A DNA stretch of 64,000 nt from an uncultured Oscillospiraceae bacterium (GTDB lineage Bacteria > Bacillota > Clostridia > Oscillospirales > JAAYXM01). The stretch's first letter is position 1. The number at the start of each line of letters is the position of its first letter. Both the position numbers and the translations under genes were made by a program. The notes under the pieces are model-generated. The model searched no databases. It was given only the letters and a program-made list of their open reading frames with translations, and was not told the DNA's origin. Below are positions 1 through 8,667 of the stretch, one piece after another. The stretch is taken from positions 3,514-67,513 of the forward strand of contig CAKUEM010000005.1 in the NCBI GenBank assembly GCA_934646115.1, in the 5' to 3' direction.

Positions 1-3000
1 TGATTCTGATAGACAGACCCGCTGCGCAGGACAGTGAAGCCGTATCCCCCTAGCTGTTGGCTCCGGTCGAAATCATACTCGCCGTATTGCTCGATTGCTG
101 CGCGGATCTCATCCGCTGCAGTTTCCGGGTTTTTCGTGAAGATATCATAATGGACCCCGGTCAACTTCCCTTTGTAAAATGCATATGCCTGCTGTGCATA
201 GATCGGGTCCTTGGTTGCCTTAAATACCTTAACACTCTGTGAGCCCGAAAACATTAATTCGTCCTTTCCGACGCCACCTGAGTCTCCAATCTGTGGCGTG
301 GTCCTTCTGCACAGCGTAATCGGCAAAAAGCAACTCAGCATTTTTCTGAATTTGACATTATTATAAAGATTGACCTCTGGGTATCCCTCATATCCGTCGA
401 GCGCATCCATAATATCCACAACACCGCTTGTCCATATAGCGGCATAATTCGGTGCAATCTCTCCACTTGCGACTCCGTCACGATTGACCTTGTCAATCAA
501 CTGCGGGTTAATATTGCCGCCAGTAACCAGACGATACGGCCACTCGCCGACGCCGCCGCCTGCCTGGAAATTCCAGTCGAGCATTTCCTTTGTCTCCGGC
601 ATCGTGTCTAATACCACTGCTGCATAGGCAATAACGCTCTGCGTCATACCGAAATTACCATTAATCTTTCCATCTTTTGCCGCCCGGAATGCCTCACGCA
701 GGAGGTTGTCTTCTGCGTTTTTCCGAATTTTTTGCGGTGCATCCTTTGTGTTTTCCATTTGATATTTCTCTGCTTTTTCCGACAGGAAATTGACCACATA
801 TGGGTCGTCATACATAGGATAAAACGCGTCGTATGCCTTGATGTGTCCTTCGATCAACTCGTTCTCCCATATGTAATCCACGACTTTTCCCTGTGGAATA
901 TAGTTGTTCTGCGCTGTCTGGAACCAGCCATAAGGATTGGTGTCCATGTCGGGCCATACGTCTGCGACGCGGTCGAGCAGGATTGCGCCAGTCCGACCGT
1001 ACCGTTCTTCGCCAGTGTAGATATAGGCATCGCGAAGCGACGACAGTGCGGTTTCAATACAACCGGGTTGAATCCCGTTGAGCCAGACGCCCCAATGGTT
1101 ATAAAATGCGATATAGGTCCAAACTTCCGGCTGCTGATAGTTGCCCATATCATAAACACGTCCGGTATTATATCCATAGCCATCGTCTACGCCCCATCCG
1201 GTAATACCCAGTTGCTTATCCTTTTCCGGATACAAGTCATTTGTTAAATATCCCTTCCCACCGTTTGCAACAATCTTAGCATTCTCTTCCTTTGCCTGCT
1301 TATAGCTCCAGTTTCCGTGTTCGTCAATGCCAAGTTGATAAAAACTTCCAAAGTCGTTGGATGGGAAATGCCTACGGCAGTCGGGGCACTGCACTTTCCA
1401 TTCTTTATCTAGTGGATCGCGCAACCATCCATAACGTGTTCCGTATTTCGCAGCAATATTGCAGCCACAGTACCTGCAGATATCAACTTCCGGATCGCCA
1501 CGGTATCCAACGCAAAATGCACGCGGAAGTTCCTGTGTTGTGACAAGATTCCACAGCCATTCCTCCTTGCCGAGGTACTTGTTTGCCTTTGCGACTGCGG
1601 CATCCCGCATTTCACTTGCCCATCCATATTTCCCGACGTTTTCCCGTGCTGCTGCGACTCGCTCCTCAGTGTAAAACGTGGATCGAGTCTTTCCATTGTT
1701 GATCGTGATCTCAAGCGTCGTCGACCTCGTGATCCCCTTGAGCGTCACAGTAAATGAAATCACTGTTTTTCCCGCGCTCACAGCAGTGAGCACACCATCT
1801 TCGGAAATGGTTGCCACTTCCGGATTGGAGCTTTCAAACAACAGTGTTGCGTTTTGCAGTTTCGCCGATTCTATGGTAATTGCATTTCCGTCCTCACCCA
1901 GCAATGTCGGAATGATATTGTATGTATTGTTCCCTCCGGACGCGCTGACCGAAATGGTATTCGTGCTGTTCCCTTCGAGCTCGATTTTGACGTCCGCGAT
2001 CCCAACACTTTCAATGACCGTCACAGGAATGTCAAGGCTTGCCTCACGGCCATCCACATCCTTGACGTGGAGTGATATGACTGCATTGCCCGTCTGCTGC
2101 GCTGCCGCGTTGATATAGATCTTTCCGTTGCGGTACTCTGTCTTGATCTGCATTGGGAAACCATCTTTTGTTGTGGCGCTGATCTCTGCGCCTGTCAAAT
2201 TTGCCGGAGATCCATCATCCATGCTCACATCGACCGCGATTTCCGACTCGGTATTTTCACGGATCTGAGGGACGTTTTTCGCACTGAGCTGGATATCCGG
2301 CAGCGCATTGATCGGATCAAGGAGAAATCCTCCGAGGAAAATGCGCGCAACTTCCTGCTTTTCTGTGCTTTTCCCTACGATTTTCCAGGTTACAATATAA
2401 TCACCCGCTTCAAGCTTAACAGCCCGCATGGCGGAAAGTACGTTGGTTTTCACTCCTTCAGACTCCGGGATATAGGTATCCTTTGTGCCCAGACTGTATT
2501 GAGGAGCCATCGGGTTTTCTGCATCTTCCGGTGCAAGGAACACCTCCATAATGCCGCCTTGACAGTAGAACATATTGTGCGATTTTGGGCTGAAAATCCC
2601 TCCTTCTGGCACACGGATTTTCAGCGATGCATATTTCCCGACACCATCGTAGATCAAAGATCCATAGTGGTCATAATAATAAAGAAATTCTCCTTCTTTT
2701 GCATAATACATCCACGGATCTGTGGCCTGCTCGCCCGGGCGCAGTTCTTCGCCCGATCCCGGCATGACACGTAGATAGCTATCAAACTGGGTCATGCTTA
2801 CGCCATTGTCCGCTCCCTGTATCCTTTTCAAAATCATATACTGATATCCGTTTGTTGCAATTGCATCGGGATCATAAATCATAACCGCACTTTTTAACTC
2901 TTTGCTCCCTGTATCAGTCGTGACCGTGAGCGTCAGTGCGACGTGCCCTGTCTGCAATCCTTTGAGCGTTAGGTGATATGCTCCACTTTCCTCTTTTTCC

Positions 3001-3272
3001 ACCAAAGCATCGAGCAAGCTGCTGTCCGTTACCGACGCTTCCAGTAAAACGACAGACTCATTCTCCATTGTCTGCGGCATCGCGATTTGAACGGTTTCAT
3101 TGACCCTTATCTTATCAGGGAGGGTAAAATCCGCAAAGTCTGCGACCAATTGTGAATTCTGCGCTTCACGCGCTTCCGCCGGCGCCATTTGATGCGGTAT
3201 CACGCCCACCAGCATCGCGATTATGAGAAGCTGTGCGCAAATCTTTTTGCCCGTATGAATTCCTCTTTTCAT
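1..3272 (-). CDS. Secreted Ig-like-repeat protein with heparinase II/III / alginate-lyase-like region (3' end cut by window edge)
   Basis: Absent from the ORF track because it runs off the left edge. The reverse strand is open from the ATG at 3272 (GGAGAAGG RBS just upstream) to position 1. It reads MKRGIHTGKKICAQLLIIAMLVGVIP (signal peptide), then Ig-like repeats (..GKTVISFTVTLKGITRSTTLEITI..). A Cys-rich segment CRYCGCNIAAKYG..WKVQCPDCRRHFPSNDF and a long helical region follow. The family assignment is from memory of similar proteins, not a search. Confidence 0.75.
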   Translation of the reverse strand, partial: MKRGIHTGKKICAQLLIIAMLVGVIPHQMAPAEAREAQNSQLVADFADFTLPDKIRVNETVQIAMPQTMENESVVLLEASVTDSSLLDALVEKEESGAYHLTLKGLQTGHVALTLTVTTDTGSKELKSAVMIYDPDAIATNGYQYMILKRIQGADNGVSMTQFDSYLRVMPGSGEELRPGEQATDPWMYYAKEGEFLYYYDHYGSLIYDGVGKYASLKIRVPEGGIFSPKSHNMFYCQGGIMEVFLAPEDAENPMAPQYSLGTKDTYIPESEGVKTNVLSAMRAVKLEAGDYIVTWKIVGKSTEKQEVARIFLGGFLLDPINALPDIQLSAKNVPQIRENTESEIAVDVSMDDGSPANLTGAEISATTKDGFPMQIKTEYRNGKIYINAAAQQTGNAVISLHVKDVDGREASLDIPVTVIESVGIADVKIELEGNSTNTISVSASGGNNTYNIIPTLLGEDGNAITIESAKLQNATLLFESSNPEVATISEDGVLTAVSAGKTVISFTVTLKGITRSTTLEITINNGKTRSTFYTEERVAAARENVGKYGWASEMRDAAVAKANKYLGKEEWLWNLVTTQELPRAFCVGYRGDPEVDICRYCGCNIAAKYGTRYGWLRDPLDKEWKVQCPDCRRHFPSNDFGSFYQLGIDEHGNWSYKQAKEENAKIVANGGKGYLTNDLYPEKDKQLGITGWGVDDGYGYNTGRVYDMGNYQQPEVWTYIAFYNHWGVWLNGIQPGCIETALSSLRDAYIYTGEERYGRTGAILLDRVADVWPDMDTNPYGWFQTAQNNYIPQGKVVDYIWENELIEGHIKAYDAFYPMYDDPYVVNFLSEKAEKYQMENTKDAPQKIRKNAEDNLLREAFRAAKDGKINGNFGMTQSVIAYAAVVLDTMPETKEMLDWNFQAGGGVGEWPYRLVTGGNINPQLIDKVNRDGVASGEIAPNYAAIWTSGVVDIMDALDGYEGYPEVNLYNNVKFRKMLSCFLPITLCRRTTPQIGDSGGVGKDELMFSGSQSVKVFKATKDPIYAQQAYAFYKGKLTGVHYDIFTKNPETAADEIRAAIEQYGEYDFDRSQQLGGYGFTVLRSGSVYQN

Positions 3273-3392
3273 TTTCCTTCTCCTTTATATTAGATTTTAT
3301 CGATCATCGTAGAAGCAGAAAATTATGTTTTACGCGTTTCATTTTTAAATTTTTGTTATTTTGTGTTAAATACTTAAAACCTTATTTTTCAT

Positions 3393-3777
3393 TTAATTTT
3401 CCCGATGCTTTGGCAAAAAAACCGTCCCCCGCAGATTCACGTTGAGCATATGGTTAAAGTTCTCTTCAGTCGCTTCTGGAACATTACAGCGCATGCACAG
3501 CGCAATTCCCGCATTGTCGGCCCAGACATCTGCGCTCATATCGAGCAAGGACTGCTTAAAGCAACCGCTTGCGGTCGTCTGCTTGAGAGATGTCGCGTGG
3601 AATATATTCTGCGCGTCGTCCTCTGCGTATAAATTCTTACACGAGCCCCGGAGCAGAAGGCGCGGGCGCCGACAGCACAACGGTGTACCCATCCTCCTCC
3701 AGCTTCCATGCAATCGCTTTCCCGATTCCTCTCCGTGATCCTGTGACAACTGCCACACATTGTGTCTGCAACCACAC
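3393..3777 (-). pseudogene. Frameshifted, truncated short-chain dehydrogenase/reductase (SDR) remnant
   Basis: One frame gives the Rossmann start ..VAVVTGSRRGIGKAIAWKLEEDGYTVVLSA and then a stop. A second frame continues ..DMSADVWADNAGIALCMRCNVPEATEENFNHMLNVNLRGTVF (the NNAGI / VNL.G region) and stops near residue 125. The catalytic YxxxK half is missing. Confidence 0.6.
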
Positions 3778-3793
3778 TCACTCCTTTACATCA

Positions 3794-5131
3794 TTATATC
3801 GCTTGTCTTTTTTGTCTAGATGCCACCTCTTGATAAAGCTTTGTATAAATCGGATCGCGCACGACGCAGCCTGTGCCGGAACCCATCCGCATCAATTCAG
3901 TGCACTTCCCACATGCAATACAACAATGATTTGGCACGATCGTACCGTTTAACATCTGTTTCGGGAAATCCGCATTGGCAAATGCCATGCGCCCAAACCC
4001 TGCGATATCAAAATATCCGGCTTCCAGAGCGCCAGCGGCAACATTTCCGGCAAAACGCCCGGGGTAGCTAAGCCCTGACCCCACAATTTTTACCTCCGGA
4101 CATGCGCTTTTGATCTCCCGAATACACCCCAGCATTCTGGAAACACCGACAAACGGGTTTTCATCCACGCCACCTGTTTGGTAGTTCGCTGGGCGATTGA
4201 CATGTGGATTGACGTAAGGAGTCCCGATGGTAATATTTACAAGCGAAATTCCCTCTTTTTCATAAAGCTCATGAACAAGCCGCTTCGCCTCAGAAAGATC
4301 TGCGCCATCGTGATCCTTTGCCACACCGAATCCAAACGGATAAGCAAAGCCATCATAAACATTGAGCCGCGTTGTCACAAGAAAATTACCGTTTGTTCTG
4401 CTACATGCCGCCCGGATGGAATTGCGCAGGAGTCTGGTTCTGTTTTCAAAGCTCCCGCCGTATTCTCCCGGTCTGTCATACGCAGACAATATTTCTGAGA
4501 ACAAATAGCAATGACATGATTTGATATCCATACCATCAAAACCGGCCCGTTGCGCCAGCGCCGCGGTCCTACCCATGGCTTCTTCCACACTCTTAAGTTC
4601 ATCATCCGTGATGATGTGTTCGGTTTTCCCCTGCATATTTCTGCTGAGTATTGGATTTTGATAAGAAATGATTGGCTTTGGCTCTCCGTATGGCTTAGAA
4701 AACCGTCCAGAATGTGTTGCCTGCAGAATAATTTTAGGCGCCCAACCAAACTCCCTGTATGCCGTTTTCTTAATCTCCTCTGCAAGAGCGGCAAACTGAT
4801 CAACATTCTTCTCTGTTATGAAAAGCTGATGCGGATTTGCGCGCGCCTCCTCCAGCACCGCTGTTGCCTCAATCCAAATAAGTCCGGCACCGCTGGCAGC
4901 GAATTTGCCATATCTTCGTAATGTCAGCTCGCCCGGCGCTCCATCGCTTGTCGCATCACAGCCTTCCATCGGCTGAATGGCAATTGAATTTCGCAGCGTA
5001 CTTTCGTCACTAATTGTTACCATTCTCCTAAGCGTTTCTTCCGGATTCTGTGAAACAGGAATGGCTAGCTCTTCGTTTCGTAGATATTGCACCAATTCAT
5101 CAAGTGTCGAAAAGCTGTTGTAATACTTCAT
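3794..5131 (-). CDS. Old-Yellow-Enzyme-like NADH:flavin oxidoreductase
   Basis: ORF 3794..5206. I prefer the ATG at 5131 (MKYYNSF..), which has GGAGAG upstream. Motifs LIWIEATAV, QATHSGRF, GFDGMDIKSCHCYL and GGSFENRTRL are typical of the FMN TIM-barrel OYE family. There is a C-terminal Cys cluster, CCIACGKC. Confidence 0.75.
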   Translation of the reverse strand: MKYYNSFSTLDELVQYLRNEELAIPVSQNPEETLRRMVTISDESTLRNSIAIQPMEGCDATSDGAPGELTLRRYGKFAASGAGLIWIEATAVLEEARANPHQLFITEKNVDQFAALAEEIKKTAYREFGWAPKIILQATHSGRFSKPYGEPKPIISYQNPILSRNMQGKTEHIITDDELKSVEEAMGRTAALAQRAGFDGMDIKSCHCYLFSEILSAYDRPGEYGGSFENRTRLLRNSIRAACSRTNGNFLVTTRLNVYDGFAYPFGFGVAKDHDGADLSEAKRLVHELYEKEGISLVNITIGTPYVNPHVNRPANYQTGGVDENPFVGVSRMLGCIREIKSACPEVKIVGSGLSYPGRFAGNVAAGALEAGYFDIAGFGRMAFANADFPKQMLNGTIVPNHCCIACGKCTELMRMGSGTGCVVRDPIYTKLYQEVASRQKRQAI

Positions 5132-5244
5132 ATGTCTATGTCTCTCCTCACAGTAGTGGAATCTTATAAAGCCAGTCTCACCCACCCCTCTTGCTTTTTT
5201 ACACAATCTTGTTATACTAAAGAGCAGGGAGAGGAGGGCTATTT

Positions 5245-6036
5245 ATGCAAAAAACTTTTTTGCAAGAAGGATATTATTCTGATAACGTTGCAATTACACG
5301 CCGTCATTTCCATCTTTGCTATGAAATGATCGTCGTTATCGAGGGGCATATTCTTCTACGCATTGATCAAAAGGAGTGTTCGCTCTCAGCAGGGGAGCTG
5401 GCACTTATCGGCGCATTTGAAGAGCACGAAATCAGTGTGCTTTCCGACACATATCGGCGTTATATTCTAACATTTGACCCGCTCCCTTTTGAACGTGCAA
5501 TCGATGATCCTCGCTTGGTTTCTGTTTTTAAAAACCGCTCAGAAAGCTTTGATCATCGATTCCTTATTCCTGCGCAGGGTGAAACACTTTTAAAAAACAT
5601 GATTGATGAGCCAAGAGATGGAGACGCATTTTCTTCGTCTCTTACAACAGGATGGATCAAAGAGTTTCTGATTCGGCTTTATCGTCAAAACAAAGCACGA
5701 TTCCCCAGTGTCGCCAAGACCCTTAGCCCAGAGATTCTCACGGTTCAGGAGTATATCGATCTTCATTATTCTGAGGAAATCAAAATCGCTGCGTTATCAA
5801 ACAGATTTCATCTCAACCCTTGTTATCTAAGCCATGCCTTTAAAGCGTTGACCGGCTATAGTCCAAAGCGTTATCTGCTTTTGACCCGGCTTTCGCGCGC
5901 GAAAGAGCTTTTGACCCATACCAATCTCTCCGTCTCTGAAATCAGCCTGCGCTGCGGATTTCCTAATAGTAGTAATTTTATCCGCGCCTTTCGGCAGGAG
6001 CTGCATATTACGCCAAATCAATATCGAAAACAATAA
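5245..6036 (+). CDS. AraC-family transcriptional regulator (cupin N-domain plus HTH)
   Basis: 263 aa. The C-terminal part, IAALSNRFHLNPCYLSHAFKALTGYSPKRYLLLTRLSRAKELL..SVSEISLRCGFPNSSNFIRAFRQELHITPNQYR, is a classic AraC double HTH. The gene is divergent from the OYE-like gene. Confidence 0.85.
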   Translation: MQKTFLQEGYYSDNVAITRRHFHLCYEMIVVIEGHILLRIDQKECSLSAGELALIGAFEEHEISVLSDTYRRYILTFDPLPFERAIDDPRLVSVFKNRSESFDHRFLIPAQGETLLKNMIDEPRDGDAFSSSLTTGWIKEFLIRLYRQNKARFPSVAKTLSPEILTVQEYIDLHYSEEIKIAALSNRFHLNPCYLSHAFKALTGYSPKRYLLLTRLSRAKELLTHTNLSVSEISLRCGFPNSSNFIRAFRQELHITPNQYRKQ

Positions 6037-6272
6037 TTTTTCAGCCATGTGTCGCAGATTTTAGGTAAAGCCCATATCTTTAATCGCTGTGATTCTCCCC
6101 CTTTTAGGGGGACAGCGCAGAATAGCGCGACGAGTATATCTGTCATTACTTCTTGACGCACCGGCTTTATTGTTATATGGCTCGCTACACGTTTTCGGTT
6201 GCCGTTATATGTAATCAGTATACCACCGAGTGAAGAACTTGTCTCCCCAAAGTTTAGACCAAAGATGGGGCT

Positions 6273-7265
6273 TTATGCCATATTCTCCAGGCTATCCAGT
6301 GATACCTCATAGTGAGGAGGCTCTCCTTTCTGAATACGCTCCCATTCCTCTAACATGTATTGCGCCATGCGTTCTGTCTCCTGATTCATGCTCCCTGCGA
6401 TATGTGGCGTAAGAAATACATTTTGTAACATTCGGAAAGGATGGTCCGGCGGACACGGCTCTGGCCAGGTGACATCTAATATTGCCGTAGCCTGTGGTTT
6501 CTCACGCATTGCACGGATCAAATCTTCCTCTACCACCTGCGCCCCACGCCCGGTATTTAAAAATGTTGCCCATGGCTTCATCCGCGAAAACAAATCGTAA
6601 TTTAACATCCCGACAGTGCTTGCGTTATTAGGAAGATGGTTGCTGATTACGTCGCTTTTCTCAAAAAGTTCTGATAGAGAAATTTTTTTGGCTCCCAGTG
6701 CAGCTGCTCTTTCTTCTGTACAAAACGGATCATAAACAACCGTCTGCACATCGATGTTGCTTAGCTTTTCTATGACAAGACTTCCGATCTTTCCTGCACC
6801 GATAATTCCAACAATCGCGCCGTAATTTCCCGGATGGAGTACACTATGCGCGTATTTATCTTTATGCTCATGAATGCGAGCTGCCTGGAAAAAGCCTTTA
6901 TTGGCGAGTAAAATTGCCGCCGCTGCATATTCTGCCACTGGAATGGCATTGGCTTCCGCTGCGCTGAAAACGCGGACTCCTTTTCTTAAAAACGGACGTG
7001 CAAAGCTTTGTACAGACCCCGCCGCATAAAATACATATTTTAATCGCGGAAAATATTGTGCAATTTCCTCTTCTGTCATCTGCGGCATTCCCCATGTTGA
7101 AAAAATGCTTTCCACTGTTGAAAACTGACATGGGTTTTCTTTGCCATCTTCCTTGCGGAATATTCGATGCGGCAAAGCGGCTTCTTTCTCCAGCACTGCA
7201 TGAATTCGTTTTGTGTATATCTGCCGCAGCTGATTCGGATCATCCGAAAAATAAATTGCCGTCAA
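6273..7265 (-). CDS. D-isomer-specific 2-hydroxyacid dehydrogenase family protein
   Basis: 330 aa. NAD fingerprint VGIIGAGKIGSLV, then LLNTGRG..VVEEDL and PHIAGS motifs. Confidence 0.8.
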   Translation of the reverse strand: MTAIYFSDDPNQLRQIYTKRIHAVLEKEAALPHRIFRKEDGKENPCQFSTVESIFSTWGMPQMTEEEIAQYFPRLKYVFYAAGSVQSFARPFLRKGVRVFSAAEANAIPVAEYAAAAILLANKGFFQAARIHEHKDKYAHSVLHPGNYGAIVGIIGAGKIGSLVIEKLSNIDVQTVVYDPFCTEERAAALGAKKISLSELFEKSDVISNHLPNNASTVGMLNYDLFSRMKPWATFLNTGRGAQVVEEDLIRAMREKPQATAILDVTWPEPCPPDHPFRMLQNVFLTPHIAGSMNQETERMAQYMLEEWERIQKGEPPHYEVSLDSLENMA

Positions 7266-7456
7266 GTCCTTTATTTCCCCTCTCGCGTTGTGATCTTAAT
7301 TTAAGTATACCAATCCTAATTTCTTTTTGTTTTTATTTTTTGCTGATCCATATGCAAAATTTGCTGATTTTATTTTTTATCAGTCCAGAATGGCTTCTTA
7401 TAACAAGTAACAAATAGTAAAACTGATATTTCCCCTTTTTATAAAAAATTTATAAA

Positions 7457-7505
7457 AAACAGTCCTCGTTTGTGCTAATAGCACAATCGATGGCTGTTTT
7501 TTCAG
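7457..7505 (-). terminator. Hairpin plus T-run downstream of the IS1182-like fragment
   Basis: aaaaaacag...ttgtgcta a tagcacaa...ctgtttttt. On the minus strand the hairpin is followed by a T-run. Confidence 0.4.
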
Positions 7506-7528
7506 TCTGTCGTAAAGCTGTGTGTTTA

Positions 7529-7939
7529 TTATGAAAAATCGGAGTGGGTGGTCATTTTTTGAAGAATGACAGCTAATATGAAAACGCAGAATAGAGTTGG
7601 GGCGGCTCTAATCTTCCAGCTTTTTAAATTTATGGCGGCATAGCTCAGCCTAACCCATCTCGTTACGCCAGACAAATCCCGGTGATGTGTATAACGCATG
7701 GCATGCTTCCCCCTGGCGTAGGCAAATGCATGCTCATTGATTTTCCTTTTACTAGTCATGATTTCACTTTTGCAGATGACCTCTATATTGTCCGGATATG
7801 AGTGACCATAACCTTTTCCCATGCGCATTCGCTCCACATCGGCATTTACTTGGATAGAATGTATGCGGTTTTCGTCTTTATTTGTCGTAGGATACCGTGG
7901 AATTTCACCTTGAGGAGAATGTATCATCGACCGGGTCAT
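7529..7939 (-). mobile_element. C-terminal fragment of an IS1182/IS5-type DDE transposase
   Basis: The tail ..INEHAFAYARGKHAMRYTHHRDLSGVTRWVRLSYAAINLKSWKI resembles the conserved ..E..F...K..HG.RY...RGL.KV.....L...A.NLKK end of IS1182-family transposases. The N-terminal and catalytic parts are absent. Confidence 0.45.
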
Positions 7940-7956
7940 GGATAAATTCCCACGGT

Positions 7957-8571
7957 TTATTTTGTTTTTAGCTGGATGCGCTCGTGGTTGTTCATCACTC
8001 GAAGAACGGTTTTGAGATCACGATGGATCCCGTGCCTTTCAAGCCAGATGTGTGCTCTTCGGTAACCGTAGATACCCCTGCATGCAGCCCGGCACGCGCG
8101 GATCTTCTCGGTCAAAGGCAGATCCTTTGCCGGCATGTCCATCCGCTGTACAAATCCATAGTAGCCGCTATGGGAGATGCCGAAAAAACGACACATCCCG
8201 CTGATGCTGTGCTTTCCCCGATGACGATAGATTGCCCTATACCTGGCGTTGGCCTTCCCTTCCTTCCTGTGAGCGAGCGGAGATCCCGCATCAACTCGTT
8301 TTTCACCTTCAAGCGATTATTTTCAGATTCGGCAAGCCGCAGCTGGCGCTTGTAACACCCGACCTTGTTTTCGCCCGTCAACTCATAGTCTTTCCTGGAC
8401 CGTCCTTTGGGAAGCGCGGAATGTTATCTGCCCGTTTTCTTTCCCGTTGGTTATACCGACTGACCCAATCCTTTATTTATCTCTCCGCGAACCCCAACGC
8501 GTCTGCTCTTTCCTTCTTCTCTCATTTTTATGATGATTGCTTCGTTATCTTTTTAACTTTTGTTTTGACAT
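7957..8571 (-). mobile_element. Degenerate IS3-family element (orfA with in-frame stops, orfB N-terminus only)
   Basis: From the ATG at 8571: MSKQKLKDNEAIIIKMREEGKS..GQSV*..GR*..KGRSRKDYELTGENKVGCYKRQLRLAESENNRLKVKNELMRDL, an OrfA leucine-zipper region with two in-frame stops. Then in another frame: MCRFFGISHSGYYGFVQRMD..GIYGYRRAHIWLERHGIHRDLKTVLRVM, the OrfB HTH_21-like N-terminus. No DDE core follows. Confidence 0.7.
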
Positions 8572-8576
8572 AGCTT

Positions 8577-8610
8577 GCCCCCTATGTAGTGATTCTCCTA
8601 CATAGGGGGC
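8577..8610. repeat. Perfect 13-bp inverted repeat (gccccctatgtag / ctacatagggggc, 8-nt loop)
   Basis: Read directly from the sequence. It lies between the tkt stop (8668) and the IS3-like orfA start (8571), at the compositional boundary. It could be the tkt terminator (no clear T-run) or an IS-end structure. Confidence 0.6.
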
Positions 8611-8667
8611 GTCTTGTTTATTGTCCGGTTCGGTTCGCGTCAGGTTCTTTTTTTGCCTTAAAAATTC

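Noticed and set aside
57-3445. Short plus- and minus-strand ORFs listed in the track within the first 3.4 kb (for example 732-1247, 1678-2118, 2499-2774).
   Set aside because: All lie inside the single long minus-strand reading frame (1-3272), which has a signal peptide, an RBS and protein-like sequence throughout.
6096-6112. Small hairpin tccccc-tttta-ggggga after the AraC gene as a terminator.
   Set aside because: The stem is only 6 bp and there is no following T-run. Support is too weak to annotate.
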